A DNA stretch of 59,740 nt. It comes from Desulfurivibrionaceae bacterium (GTDB lineage Bacteria; Desulfobacterota; Desulfobulbia; Desulfobulbales; JAGXFP01). The translations under genes and the position numbers were made by a program. The stretch spans positions 1 to 59,740 of the forward strand of contig JAWOIQ010000148.1 of assembly GCA_046484585.1 (NCBI GenBank), written 5' to 3'. The notes below the pieces were generated by a model that saw nothing but the letters and a program-made list of their open reading frames with translations, was not told the origin of the DNA and made no database searches. Below, one piece after another: positions 19,936-30,373 of the stretch (the stretch's first letter is position 1; each line of letters begins with the position of its first letter).

Positions 19936-21429
19936 ATGCATAGCGGCGGAGTTCTAAATATTTTCGGGAAACTGCTTATCCTCCTTTCCCTGTTCCTGCT
20001 GGCGCCCATCCCTTTCAGCCTCTATTATCACGACGGCATGCTCGCCGCCTTTCTGCTCAGCTCCCTGGTAGGCGCCGGTCTGGGCGGCTTGCTGATCCTG
20101 CTCTTCGTCCCCGAAAAGGATCTCGGCTACCGGGACGGCTTCGCGATCGTGGTCTTGAGCTGGCTGGGGCTCGCCTTGCTCGGCGCCCTGCCTTACGCTT
20201 TTTCCGGACAGATGGGCTCTTTTGCCGACTGCTTTTTTGAATCGATGTCCGGGTTTACCACCACCGGCTCCTCCATTTTGAGCGAGATCGAGGTCCTGCC
20301 GCCCAGCGTGCTGTTCTGGCGCTCCCTGACCCACTGGCTGGGAGGGATGGGAATTATCGTCTTGTCCCTGGCCATCCTGCCCCTTCTCGGGGTCGGCGGC
20401 ATGCAGCTCTACCAGGCAGAGATGCCCGGGCCCACCAAGGACCGGCTGGCTCCGCGGATCGAGGATACCGCCAAGATTCTCTGGTCGGTCTATCTGCTGA
20501 TGACCCTGATTGTGATTCTGCTGCTGATGCTGGGGGGGGTCGGTTTCTTCGACGCGGTCTGCCACTCCTTCGCGACCTTGGCAACCGGCGGTTTCTCCAC
20601 CCATACCGCCAGCGTCGGCTATTTCAAATCCGTCTATGTCGAAACGGTGATTATCGTCTTCATGTTTCTGGCCGGCACCAACTTCGCCCTTCACCACCGG
20701 CTGCTTTCCGGCAAGTACAGGACCTATTTGAAAAACGAGGAGTTCCGCCTCTATTTCAAGTTGACCTTTTTTGCCATTCTCATGATCGTCCTGGCCAATA
20801 TGCGCTACGGGATTTACGACAGCTTCGCCGACAATCTCAGGGCGGCTTCCTTCCAGGTTGTCTCGATCCTCACCACCACCGGTTTCGCCACCGCCGATTT
20901 CGATCTCTGGCCGCCGGTCTGCAAGATCATCCTGATCTCGCTGATGGTGATCGGGGGGTGCGCCGGGTCCACCGGCGGCGGCATCAAGGTGGTGCGCTTT
21001 CTGCTGTTCTTCAAGTATGCCCGGCTCCAGCTCCGCAACCTGGTCCACCCCAAGGCGGTCGGGGCCATCAAGCTCGGCAAGCTCAAGGTTCCCCAGGAGG
21101 TGATGGTTGCGGTCCTCGGCTTCTTCGCCCTCTATATCGCCTTTTTCATGATTGCCACCCTGCTGGTTACCGCGATGGGGGTCGATATCGTCACCGGCGC
21201 CACCGCGGTCATCGCCACCCTGAACAATATCGGCCCCGGCCTTAACCTGGTCGGCCCGGCCGCCAATTTCGGGCACCTGCCGGCCGCGGCCAAGGTTCTC
21301 CTCTCTTTCTGCATGCTGGCCGGACGCCTAGAGTTATATACCGTCGCGGTTCTCCTAACCCCGGATTTCTGGGCCATGGCCCGTAAACCGGTCTGGCGCA
21401 GGTTCCTGCCGGTTAAAGCGGCAGGCTGA
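19936..21429 (+). CDS. trkH: Trk potassium uptake membrane subunit
   Basis: FESMSGFTTTG, WLGGMG, TGGFS, TTTGF, GGCAGSTGGGIK, NNIGPG, GRLE. Confidence 0.93.
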   Translation: MHSGGVLNIFGKLLILLSLFLLAPIPFSLYYHDGMLAAFLLSSLVGAGLGGLLILLFVPEKDLGYRDGFAIVVLSWLGLALLGALPYAFSGQMGSFADCFFESMSGFTTTGSSILSEIEVLPPSVLFWRSLTHWLGGMGIIVLSLAILPLLGVGGMQLYQAEMPGPTKDRLAPRIEDTAKILWSVYLLMTLIVILLLMLGGVGFFDAVCHSFATLATGGFSTHTASVGYFKSVYVETVIIVFMFLAGTNFALHHRLLSGKYRTYLKNEEFRLYFKLTFFAILMIVLANMRYGIYDSFADNLRAASFQVVSILTTTGFATADFDLWPPVCKIILISLMVIGGCAGSTGGGIKVVRFLLFFKYARLQLRNLVHPKAVGAIKLGKLKVPQEVMVAVLGFFALYIAFFMIATLLVTAMGVDIVTGATAVIATLNNIGPGLNLVGPAANFGHLPAAAKVLLSFCMLAGRLELYTVAVLLTPDFWAMARKPVWRRFLPVKAAG

Positions 21430-21456
21430 CGGCGGCCGCTTTTTTGCAGCCGCGGA

Positions 21457-22860
21457 ATGGATATGAGAGAAAATAAAGAAACCAACCGGCCCAGGTCGCT
21501 TTCGCGGATCCTCGAAATGCATCCCGCCCCGCTGGTGGCCTTCAGCTTTGTCATGGTTATTGCCGCGGGCAGCCTGGCCCTGATGCTGCCGGGTGCGACC
21601 CGGGCCGGCGATATCGCTTTTGTCGACGCCCTGTTTACCGCGACGTCGGCGGTGTGCGTCACCGGCCTGGTGGTGGTCGACACCGGCAGTTTTTTCAGCC
21701 TCTTCGGCCAGGGGGTCATTCTCGTCCTGATGCAGATCGGCGGGCTTGGGGTCATGACCGTGTCGGTCATGCTGTTCCGGGCCATCGGCAGAAGCGTTAC
21801 CTTCCGGCAGCGCATGGTCATGCAGGATATCTTCGCCCATACCCCCCGCGAAGATATCCTCCACATGCTGAAAACCATCATCGGCTTCACCTTGCTGGTC
21901 GAGGCGTGCGGTTTCGTCCTGTTCTATCTCCACTGGCAGGGGGAATTCCCGCCGGCCCGGGCCGCTTTTTTTGCCTTGTTCCACGCCGTTTCCGCCTTCT
22001 GCAATGCCGGTTTTTCCCTGTTCCCCGACAGCATGGTGCGCTACGGCAGCGATCCGCTGCTGAACTTCACCGTCTGCGGCCTGATCGTCATGGGCGGCAT
22101 CGGTTTTCCGGTGGTCCATGACCTCTACCGGAAAATCGGGGAGGGAGGGACAAGGCGCAGCAAGTTATCGATCCAGACCAAAACGGTGCTTCTGACCACC
22201 CTGGTCCTGATCGTCGCGGGGGCGGGTTTTTTTTGGTTTCTGGAATATAGTCATTCCCTGGCCGGGAAATCGGTGTCCGAATCCCTCTTCCTCTCCTTCT
22301 TCCAGTCGATCACCTGCCGGACCGCCGGCTTCAATTCCACCGATATCGCCGCTCTGAATCCCTCCACCCTGACCATGATGCTCGGCCTGATGTTCTTCGG
22401 CGCTTCGCCGGGTTCCTGCGGCGGCGGAGTCAAGACCACCACCCTGGCCGTGATCGGGGCCTTTACCTGGAGCCGGATCCGGAGGAAGAGACGGGTGAAC
22501 ATGTTTCACAAAAGCGTCCCGATCGAAACGGTAAATCGCAGTCTCTCCCTGACCCTGGTGGCGGCCGTGCTGATCGCCGGCATATTTTTCCTGATCCTGG
22601 CCGGCGATACCGTCGCAGGAATTCATCCCTCCGTCGGCGGCGAGATGTTTCTTGCCTACCTGTTTGAAACGGTTTCCGCTTTCGGGACGGTGGGGTTGTC
22701 GATGGGGATTACGCCAACCCTTTCGGCCTGGGGGAAATTGCTTATCATCCTCTTGATGATGATCGGCCGGGTCGGGGTCCTGACTTTTGCCTATATTATT
22801 ATCGGCGGGGGCGTCGCCAACGGCGTGGAGTATTCAGAGGAAAACATCATGATCGGGTAG
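21457..22860 (+). CDS. ktrB: Ktr potassium uptake membrane subunit
   Basis: SAVCVTGL, SAFCNAGF, RTAGF, SAFGTVGLS, GRVG. Confidence 0.9.
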   Translation: MDMRENKETNRPRSLSRILEMHPAPLVAFSFVMVIAAGSLALMLPGATRAGDIAFVDALFTATSAVCVTGLVVVDTGSFFSLFGQGVILVLMQIGGLGVMTVSVMLFRAIGRSVTFRQRMVMQDIFAHTPREDILHMLKTIIGFTLLVEACGFVLFYLHWQGEFPPARAAFFALFHAVSAFCNAGFSLFPDSMVRYGSDPLLNFTVCGLIVMGGIGFPVVHDLYRKIGEGGTRRSKLSIQTKTVLLTTLVLIVAGAGFFWFLEYSHSLAGKSVSESLFLSFFQSITCRTAGFNSTDIAALNPSTLTMMLGLMFFGASPGSCGGGVKTTTLAVIGAFTWSRIRRKRRVNMFHKSVPIETVNRSLSLTLVAAVLIAGIFFLILAGDTVAGIHPSVGGEMFLAYLFETVSAFGTVGLSMGITPTLSAWGKLLIILLMMIGRVGVLTFAYIIIGGGVANGVEYSEENIMIG

Positions 22861-22893
22861 CGCCACGCGCTTACCCGGCAGGGAGTATGGATT

Positions 22894-23553
22894 ATGAAAA
22901 AATTCGCGGTTATCGGCCTCGGCAATTTCGGCTTTCATGTCGCCAAGGCCCTCTACAACGACGGGAGCGAGGTTGTCGCCATCGATACGGATAAGGTCCG
23001 GGTCCAGGCCATCGACCCCTTTTCCTCGGAGGCCATAGTCATGGACGCAACCGACAGGGAGGCTTTGTGCTCCCTCGGGCTGGAGCATCTGGACGGGGTT
23101 ATCGTCTCGACGGGGACCAAGATCAGCATCAGCATCCTTATATGTCTGTATCTGCAGGAAATCGGCGTCAAGGCTATTTTTGCCAAGGCCCTGGACGAAG
23201 ATCATGAAAAGATTTTAAGACGGGTGGGCGCCACCGAAATTATCCATCCGGAACGGGACATGGCCCTGCGCGTCGCCAGGGGGCTGTCCAGCCCCAATGC
23301 CCTCGACTTCATTCCCCTGGCCAAGGATTTCGAACTGGTCCAGGTGGCGCCGCCCAGGGAATTTCTCGATAAGACCCTGGCCGAGCTCAATCTGCGGGCC
23401 AAGTATAAAGTCCAGGTCATTGCCATTAAGGAGCTGGCCCCGGAAAACATGGTGCTGGCGCCGCCGGCGGATTTCGTGGTCAAAAGCAGCGATCTTCTTA
23501 TCATCCTCGGCAAATCCCGGGACATTGACCAGATCAAGGCCCTGAAGGGATGA
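22894..23553 (+). CDS. ktrA: Ktr potassium uptake regulatory subunit
   Basis: [10 protein letters not shown], single RCK_N + [13 protein letters not shown]. Confidence 0.9.
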   Translation: MKKFAVIGLGNFGFHVAKALYNDGSEVVAIDTDKVRVQAIDPFSSEAIVMDATDREALCSLGLEHLDGVIVSTGTKISISILICLYLQEIGVKAIFAKALDEDHEKILRRVGATEIIHPERDMALRVARGLSSPNALDFIPLAKDFELVQVAPPREFLDKTLAELNLRAKYKVQVIAIKELAPENMVLAPPADFVVKSSDLLIILGKSRDIDQIKALKG

Positions 23554-25430
23554 CTATGACCCCTTCAAACCCCGATTATGATGTAGTGGTGGTCGGCGCC
23601 GGCCATGCCGGCTGCGAGGCGGCCCTGGCCGCGGCTCGGCTCGGCTGTAAGACCGCGCTTTTGGTGATCAATGTTGATACCATCGGCGCCATGTCCTGCA
23701 ATCCTGCGATCGGCGGGCTGGCCAAGGGGCATCTGGTCAAGGAGATCGACGCCCTGGGCGGCGAGATGGCCCGGAATATCGATGCCACCGGTATCCAGTT
23801 CCGGCGGCTGAATACCAGCAAGGGCCCGGCGGTCTGGTCGTCCCGGGCCCAGGCGGACCGCCTCCTTTACCGGCTGCGGATGAAAGAGGTCATCGAGGCT
23901 CAGCCCGATCTTGAGGTGCGCCAGACCGTGGCCGACCGCTTTATCATCGAAGAGGGCCGGGTTTGCGGGGTTTTCACCTCCCTCGACGAGGAGATCCGGG
24001 CGAAAACGGTGGTGGTCGCCACCGGCACCTTCCTGAACGGCCTGATCCATATCGGCCTGAAGTCCTTTCCGGCCGGGCGGATGGGGGACGCGCCCTCGGT
24101 AAGTCTGGCCGACGATCTCAAAAATCTCGGTTTCAACATGGGGCGGATGAAGACCGGCACCACTCCCCGGATCGACGGCAATTCCATCGATTACTCGGAG
24201 CTTGAAGCCCAGCACTCCGATCAGCCGGCCAACCTGTTTTCCTTTGCCGGCGGCGGTCCGCGTCTGCCGCAGCGGCCCTGCTATATAACCTACACCAACG
24301 AGAGGACCCATGAGATCATCCGGGCGGGCTGCGACCGTTCGCCGATGTTCACCGGGATTATCGAGGGGGTGGGGGCCCGTTACTGCCCGTCGATTGAAGA
24401 CAAGGTGGCCAGGTTCCCGGAAAAGGACCGCCACCAGATTTTCCTCGAACCGGAGGGACTCGATACCGTCGAGGTCTATCCGAACGGGGTGCCGACCAGT
24501 CTGCCGCTGGACGTGCAGGACCGGATGCTGAAGAGTATCAAGGGGCTGGAGAAGGTCAGGATCATCCGGCCCGGCTATGCGATTGAATACGACTATGTCG
24601 ATCCCCTCGAACTGAAGCCGTCCCTGGAGACCAAAAAACTGGCCGGGCTCTTTCTGGCCGGGCAGATCAACGGCACCTCCGGCTACGAGGAGGCGGCGGC
24701 CCAGGGCTTGATGGCCGGAATCAACGCGGTCCGCCGGGTGCGCGGGGAGGAGCCTCTGATCCTCGATCGCTCCCGGGCCTATATCGGGGTGCTGATCGAC
24801 GACCTGGTCACCCGCGGCACCAAAGAGCCTTATCGGCTTTTTACCTCCCGGGCCGAGTACCGGCTGCTGCTCCGCGAAGACAATGCCGATCAGCGGCTGA
24901 CCGAAATCGGTTGGCGGCTCGGCCTGGTTGACCGGGAGGCCTACGAACGGTTCCGGTTCAAGAAAGAGGCCATCGAGGCCGGGATCGCCTGGCTGCAATC
25001 GACCATGCTGGCGCCGACCGGCGAGGTGAATGCGCGGCTGGCGGTGGTCGGCGGCTCGCCCTTGCGACAGAAGGTTTCCCTGGCCGAACTGCTCCGGCGG
25101 CCGGAAATGGATTTCGCCGGGACGGCATCGGTATTCGGCGGGGAGTTGCAGGTTTCCGAGAAGTACTGGCCGGACATCAATCTGCAGGTCAAGTACGAGG
25201 GTTACATCAAGCGCCAGCAGGAACAGGTCGAAAGGTTTCGCAAGTTCGAGTCGATCGCTCTGCCCGAAGATCTTGATTACGCCGCGATTCCGGGGCTCTC
25301 CGCCGAGGTGGTTGAAAAGCTCACCCTGATCAGGCCTTTAAACCTCGGCCAGGCCTCGCGGATTTCAGGGATTACCCCGGCGGCGATCTCGATTCTCCAG
25401 GTGCAGCTCAAGAAAGCGGGTTTACTGTAA
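23550..25430 (+). CDS. mnmG: tRNA uridine 5-carboxymethylaminomethyl modification enzyme
   Basis: [54 protein letters not shown]. Confidence 0.97.
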   Translation: MTMTPSNPDYDVVVVGAGHAGCEAALAAARLGCKTALLVINVDTIGAMSCNPAIGGLAKGHLVKEIDALGGEMARNIDATGIQFRRLNTSKGPAVWSSRAQADRLLYRLRMKEVIEAQPDLEVRQTVADRFIIEEGRVCGVFTSLDEEIRAKTVVVATGTFLNGLIHIGLKSFPAGRMGDAPSVSLADDLKNLGFNMGRMKTGTTPRIDGNSIDYSELEAQHSDQPANLFSFAGGGPRLPQRPCYITYTNERTHEIIRAGCDRSPMFTGIIEGVGARYCPSIEDKVARFPEKDRHQIFLEPEGLDTVEVYPNGVPTSLPLDVQDRMLKSIKGLEKVRIIRPGYAIEYDYVDPLELKPSLETKKLAGLFLAGQINGTSGYEEAAAQGLMAGINAVRRVRGEEPLILDRSRAYIGVLIDDLVTRGTKEPYRLFTSRAEYRLLLREDNADQRLTEIGWRLGLVDREAYERFRFKKEAIEAGIAWLQSTMLAPTGEVNARLAVVGGSPLRQKVSLAELLRRPEMDFAGTASVFGGELQVSEKYWPDINLQVKYEGYIKRQQEQVERFRKFESIALPEDLDYAAIPGLSAEVVEKLTLIRPLNLGQASRISGITPAAISILQVQLKKAGLL

Positions 25431-25484
25431 GAGCGGCCGGCGGGAGCGGCCGGGCGATGCGGATTTTTTCCGAAGGAGGGATAG

Positions 25485-26330
25485 ATGACCAAGGGACTTA
25501 AACTGGGCGCTTTCGAAATATTCTGGCTCGACGGCGGGGTCTTCGAACTGGACGGCGGCTGCATGTTCGGGGTGGTGCCGCGGGCCCTGTGGGGGAAGAA
25601 GTTTCCCTGCACCGACGATTATCATGTCAAACTTGCCAATACCCCGATCCTGGTCAGAACCCCGGCGGCCGATCTGATCATCGACAGCGGCCTCGGCAAC
25701 AAGCTCACCGCCAAGCAGAAAAAAATCTTCAGGGTAACCGAGGAGTGGGATGTGGAGGGCAGCCTGGCCCGGATCGGCCTAGGCAGGGAGGATATCGATC
25801 ACGTTATCCTCACCCACTGCGATTTCGACCACTCCGGCGGGGTTGTCATGCATAATCGATCGGGTGAGCCGGAATTGACCTGGCCCAAAGCGGTTCATCA
25901 CATCCAGCGGAGCGAATGGCAGGATGTCAGCGAGCCCGACCGGAGGGCAGCCAACACCTATTGGCCGGTAAACCTGGATCTTCTCCGGGATCACCGCCTG
26001 CTTAATCTGCTCGACGGCGAGGCGGAGCCGGTCCCGGGGGTCCGGCTGGTTCCGACCGGCGGTCACACCAGGGGCCATCAGATAATTAGGCTATCTTCGG
26101 AGGGAGAAGGTGGGCTGCATCTCGGCGATCTGCTGCCCAATCACGCCTACTTCCACCCCTTGTGGGTTACGCCCTACGATAATTTCCCTCTGGAGTCAAT
26201 CGCCCGGAAGGAGGAGTTGATCGCTCCGGCCGTCGAGGAGGGGCAGTGGTTCCTCTTTTATCACGATCCGTACATGGCGGCCTGCAAGTTCGACCGGGAT
26301 GGCAATGTGGTCGAGAGTTTTGTCCCGTAG
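25485..26330 (+). CDS. MBL-fold metallo-hydrolase (YtnP-like)
   Basis: LDGGCMFGVVP, THCDFDH, GGHTRGH, GD, FYHD. Confidence 0.85.
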   Translation: MTKGLKLGAFEIFWLDGGVFELDGGCMFGVVPRALWGKKFPCTDDYHVKLANTPILVRTPAADLIIDSGLGNKLTAKQKKIFRVTEEWDVEGSLARIGLGREDIDHVILTHCDFDHSGGVVMHNRSGEPELTWPKAVHHIQRSEWQDVSEPDRRAANTYWPVNLDLLRDHRLLNLLDGEAEPVPGVRLVPTGGHTRGHQIIRLSSEGEGGLHLGDLLPNHAYFHPLWVTPYDNFPLESIARKEELIAPAVEEGQWFLFYHDPYMAACKFDRDGNVVESFVP

Positions 26331-26344
26331 TCGAGCATCTCTTG

Positions 26345-27130
26345 TCAGGCCGGCGGCAGGAAGAACATGATGAACAGTTCCCTTATTTCCGGCTCATAAT
26401 ATAGGTAGACCATGGCGGCAATGGATAGAAAAGGTCCGTAGGGAATCACGGTTTTCCCCCCCTTGCCCTGTTTGAGCATGGCCCCGATCCCGATTACCGA
26501 ACCGAGCATGGAACTGCCGAAAACCACGAAGGGCAGGGATTGCCAGCCAAGAAAGGCGCCGATCATGGCCAGTAGCTTGATGTCGCCGCCGCCCATGCCC
26601 TCCCTCTTGGTAAAAAGATAGTAGGCGGCGGCGATGGCATAGAGGATCCCGCCCCCGAGCAGGATGCCGATGGCGGAACTCTGCCAGGTGGTGGCCGGAT
26701 TGATGAACGATACCGCGAAGCCGAGCGGAATCCCGGGCAGGCTGATCGCATCGGGGATTATCTGGTGCCGGAAGTCGATCACGATGATGGCCAGCAGGGC
26801 CGCGCAGAAGACAAAATATATGCCGAATAGAATCGACAGGGAAAAGCGGACGTACAGGGCGTAGGAGATCACGGCCATGGCCAGTTCGACCATGGGGTAT
26901 TGTCTGGAGATCGTCATCCGGCAATAGCGGCATCTGCCCCGGAGCAGGATAAAACTGACGATCGGAATATTGTCGTACCAATGGAGTTTAGTCAGGCAGC
27001 CGGGACAATGGGAGGAGGGAAAAACGATCGAGGCCCCTTTTTCGGGGAGTCTGAAGATTACCACGTTCAGAAAGCTGCCGACGATGGCGCCCAGCAGGAT
27101 GCAGATGGTTGCGGCAAAGGTTTCGTCCAT
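26345..27130 (-). CDS. pilD: Prepilin peptidase/N-methyltransferase
   Basis: GSFLNVVIFRLP, SHCPGC, GRCRYC, MGGGDIKL, PYGPFL. Confidence 0.95.
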   Translation of the reverse strand: MDETFAATICILLGAIVGSFLNVVIFRLPEKGASIVFPSSHCPGCLTKLHWYDNIPIVSFILLRGRCRYCRMTISRQYPMVELAMAVISYALYVRFSLSILFGIYFVFCAALLAIIVIDFRHQIIPDAISLPGIPLGFAVSFINPATTWQSSAIGILLGGGILYAIAAAYYLFTKREGMGGGDIKLLAMIGAFLGWQSLPFVVFGSSMLGSVIGIGAMLKQGKGGKTVIPYGPFLSIAAMVYLYYEPEIRELFIMFFLPPA

Positions 27131-27158
27131 GGCTTTGCATACTCCCGGTTAATTTAAA

Positions 27159-27436
27159 CCTGAATCCGTGACGGCTTCGTGGTGTATTTTGCTTTATACC
27201 CACAGGGCAGAAGTTTCGTGCGAGCAGACAAGCTGCTCGACTCAGCTTTATCCATTTGTTGTTACGTAAAACAATCGTTTTTTCACTGGGTCGCCTCGAT
27301 TCACCCCGCCGCCCTGCGGGGTGCGCCCGAGAACGGCGCATCTGCCGCGTTGGCAACTCGTTGATATACCAATAGTATTATCAACATCGTTGCCGCCTTG
27401 CACCTGCACCGTTCTCGAATGCTCAACGGATTCAGG
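27159..27436 (+). mobile_element. MITE family A, copy 6 (278 bp) with nested element B
   Basis: TIRs; TTAAA direct repeat; B inserted at the same TTTAT site as in copy 4. Confidence 0.9.
27198..27246 (+). repeat. Element B (short form) nested in MITE A
   Basis: Homologous to 10576-10624; flanked by TTTAT. Confidence 0.85.
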
Positions 27437-27659
27437 TTAAAAAATAAGAATCGGTATCTTAAATGGTTTTGCCGGTCAGGGGAATGCTAAATTTCGGCCT
27501 TTGTTAAATTAATCAGGCATATACCGTCAGTCGATTATTGTGGTCGCCGGCCGCCGGAATGAAATGGCTTTGCTCATTTGCAAAATATATTATAGTGCTG
27601 ATTGGTTGGCGGATGATCCGCCGCAAACAGAATAATCACACTTGCGTTATTGATTGCAT

Positions 27660-28208
27660 ATGCCAGATCAATATAATGACAGACGCCGGGATAACAGGGT
27701 TGTTTTCCGGACCACGGTAAAGGTAATATTTTCTGACGGTCGCGTCTTTGCCGATTGTGAAACCAGCGACATCAGTATCAGCGGCGTCTTTGTCAATGGC
27801 GTGACAGGCGGCGATTGCGGCGAGAAGTGCCGGATTGAGCTGCAACTTGCCGGCAATACCAGTAATTTGTTGTTGAAAATAAGCGGGGAAATTGTCAGAT
27901 CCCAGGAGGATGGGGTCGCCCTGGAGTTTTCCGAGGTGGATGAAGATAGTTTCTATCATTTGCGGAATATCGTTTATTTCAGCTATAAACACGCAGACGT
28001 CGGTCAGGGGGATTTGATCTCCGAGCTTGATGATGCCGCCGGGGATGAAAACCTTTATCTCGATCTTGATTCCGGCAACAAATCAGCCTCGTTGCCCGAT
28101 GATTATCTGGCCGGGGTTGTCGATATTGAAGAAGATGATTTTGATGACGATTTCGCCGATAATATTGCCGGATACATCAGACTTCGGCAGGATGATGACG
28201 ACTACTGA
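27660..28208 (+). CDS. PilZ-domain protein with acidic tail
   Basis: RRDNR (RxxxR) and DISISG (DxSxxG) c-di-GMP motifs; Asp-rich C-terminus. Confidence 0.85.
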   Translation: MPDQYNDRRRDNRVVFRTTVKVIFSDGRVFADCETSDISISGVFVNGVTGGDCGEKCRIELQLAGNTSNLLLKISGEIVRSQEDGVALEFSEVDEDSFYHLRNIVYFSYKHADVGQGDLISELDDAAGDENLYLDLDSGNKSASLPDDYLAGVVDIEEDDFDDDFADNIAGYIRLRQDDDDY

Positions 28209-28223
28209 GACGGGAGGCGGTAA

Positions 28224-28562
28224 ATGGCTTTGATGCAGATAAATATCATCCCGCTTGGGACCGGTTCGACCAGCATGGGAGAATTCGTGGCCGGGATCAT
28301 GAAGACTGTTGCCCGGGCAGGGGTTGTTTGTAAATTGACCGATATGGGCACGTTGATCGAGGGTGAAACTGAAGATCTCCTGAAGATCGCCGCCCGCATG
28401 CATGAGACTCCTTTTCGGAAAGGGGCGCAAAGGGTTGTTACCCACATATCGATCGATGACCGGCGTGACAAGAAAGTGGGCATCGGCGACAAGGTTGCTT
28501 CCGTAAACAGCAGGTTGAATCCGGAAGAAAATTCCTCCCCCACGAGTTCCGAAGATAGCTGA
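28224..28562 (+). CDS. MTH1187/YkoF-like thiamine-binding protein
   Basis: IIPLGT, MGTLIEG, RVVTHISIDDRRDK. Confidence 0.85.
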   Translation: MALMQINIIPLGTGSTSMGEFVAGIMKTVARAGVVCKLTDMGTLIEGETEDLLKIAARMHETPFRKGAQRVVTHISIDDRRDKKVGIGDKVASVNSRLNPEENSSPTSSEDS

Positions 28563-28723
28563 TGGTGAAGAAAAGAAAGAATCGTAATCGGGTGAGGAAG
28601 GAGCCGTTCATCGTTATCGCTTTTTTTCTGTTCATCTGGTTTATCGGAATCTCTTCGGACGAGCCGGTCCGGGTTCTTGAGCAGGCCGTCCGTATTTGCC
28701 TCAGCTGTATAGGTATCGGTTAG
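28562..28723 (+). CDS. 53-aa membrane peptide with C-terminal CxxC (CLSCIGIG); not in the ORF track
   Basis: ATG overlaps the upstream TGA; MVKKRK...FIVIAFFLFIWFIG...ICLSCIGIG*; stop lies 2 bp before the next ATG. Confidence 0.8.
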   Translation: MVKKRKNRNRVRKEPFIVIAFFLFIWFIGISSDEPVRVLEQAVRICLSCIGIG

Positions 28724-28725
28724 TT

Positions 28726-29619
28726 ATGGAATTTGTTCGAAAATGGGTCCAGGTTGTCTTCGGTTTTCTGACCAACGGCTACTGGGCCTTTCCCTTTACC
28801 CGGAACATCTACCAGGGTCCCCTGAAGGTAATCTGCGCACCCGGCCTTAACTGCTATTCCTGTCCCGCCGCCACAACTTACTGTATTATCGGATCCATCC
28901 AGCAGCTTTTGGCCAACATTCGTTTGTCCCTGGAAGGGGGGCAGTATTTTTTGGGGCTTTACGTGGTCGGCTCGGCCGGCATCCTGGGAGGCCTCTTCGG
29001 CCGGATGATCTGCGGCTGGGCCTGTCCATTCGGATTTATCCAGGAGTTGCTGAACAAGATCCCTTCCCCGAAGTTCGGGGTGCCGCGCCCCCTGCGCTAC
29101 GGTAAATTTGTTTTCTTATTGGTTTTTGTTATACTATTACCAGCCTTTGTCGTGGACGAATTCGGGGCCGGCAGCACCTGGTTCTGCAAGTATATCTGTC
29201 CGGCCGGGACCCTGGAGGCGGGCCTGCCGATGATCTTTCTGCAGCCGGGCCTCCAGGCAAATCTTGGCTATCTGTTCGTGAACAAGGTTGTCCTTATGGT
29301 GTTTTTCCTGGGGTGGAGTGTGGTAGCCAGCCGGCCTTTCTGCCGGACAGTCTGCCCCCTCGGCGCATTTTACGCGCTGTTCAAGCGCCATAAGCTGGTC
29401 AAGCTGAGGTTGAATCGTGATAATTGCACATCGTGCGGGGCTTGCCATGCGGTATGTCCGATGGGGGTAAAGTTTGATGAATCCCCGGAAGATCAGGACT
29501 GCATTTCCTGCATGAAATGCATGACCAAAGCCTGCCCCTTTGATGCGATTTACCTGGAGGTCGGGGGGATGCCCGCGACCAGCAGGGAACCCCGGATAAG
29601 GCCGGTGGCGGTAGAGTAG
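28726..29619 (+). CDS. Membrane 4Fe-4S binding protein (NapH/YccM-like)
   Basis: GRMICGWACPFG, FCKYICPAG, FCRTVCPLG, CTSCGACHAVCP, CISCMKC. Confidence 0.85.
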   Translation: MEFVRKWVQVVFGFLTNGYWAFPFTRNIYQGPLKVICAPGLNCYSCPAATTYCIIGSIQQLLANIRLSLEGGQYFLGLYVVGSAGILGGLFGRMICGWACPFGFIQELLNKIPSPKFGVPRPLRYGKFVFLLVFVILLPAFVVDEFGAGSTWFCKYICPAGTLEAGLPMIFLQPGLQANLGYLFVNKVVLMVFFLGWSVVASRPFCRTVCPLGAFYALFKRHKLVKLRLNRDNCTSCGACHAVCPMGVKFDESPEDQDCISCMKCMTKACPFDAIYLEVGGMPATSREPRIRPVAVE

Positions 29620-29636
29620 TTGATTTATCTATTTGT

Positions 29637-29758
29637 ACCCACAGGCATAAGTCTCGTACGAGCAGACATGCTGCTCAACTCGGCTTTTTATACCCACAGG
29701 GCATAAGTTTCGTTTGCACCCTAAAGGGCATAAAAGCAGACGAGCTGCTCAACTCAGC
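29637..29758 (+). repeat. Tandem pair of element B (short 29637-29684, long 29692-29758)
   Basis: Head-to-tail copies separated by TTTTTAT. Confidence 0.85.
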
Positions 29759-29802
29759 TTTATTATTTAAGATACCAACAGTGCAACAGGCGGGAGACAG
29801 GT

Positions 29803-30243
29803 ATGTTCGGAAAGGTTGTATTTACGTTGTTTTTTTTCTTGTCGATTTTTGCTACAGCCGAAGCGATCTCATTGGTCAGCGTGGACGGCGAAAATGTTAA
29901 TATGCGGTCGGGACCGGGCAGTAACTATTCAGTACTCTGGGAGTTGGGCCGGGGGTTTCCTTTAAAGGTTCTGGATCGTAAGGGAGGTTGGGTCAAGGTC
30001 GAGGATTTCGAGGGGGACAGCGGCTGGATCTATGGAAAGCTGGTCGCCAAAAATCCTCATCTCATTGTAAAAAAAAGAAGGGTTAACGTTCGCAGTGGTC
30101 CCGGGCGCCAATTTCGTCTGGTCGGTAAAGCCAATTACGGGGTGGTATTCAAGACGGTTAAAACCTCTAATGGATGGGTGCAGGTAAAGCATGAGAACGG
30201 CCTGACCGGCTGGGTGAAAAGGGACCTACTCTGGGGCTGGTGA
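29803..30243 (+). CDS. Exported tandem SH3b-domain protein
   Basis: Signal peptide; two VN(M/V)RSGPG...GW repeats; ends LLWGW. Confidence 0.88.
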   Translation: MFGKVVFTLFFFLSIFATAEAISLVSVDGENVNMRSGPGSNYSVLWELGRGFPLKVLDRKGGWVKVEDFEGDSGWIYGKLVAKNPHLIVKKRRVNVRSGPGRQFRLVGKANYGVVFKTVKTSNGWVQVKHENGLTGWVKRDLLWGW

Positions 30244-30373
30244 GAAGTGACCCCCTGGGGCCGGACCAAGCCATTGAAGAAACCTGATTCTCTGACGATA
30301 TCGCCGCCTACACCCCCCTCCGGCGGCGTTGCCCCTGGGGGTAGATGAAATCATCTTATTTGAGCAGAGTGTC

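Noticed and set aside
29637-29758. Tandem element B as a CRISPR array
   Set aside because: Only two units, no unique spacers, copies are dispersed elsewhere, and there are no cas genes.
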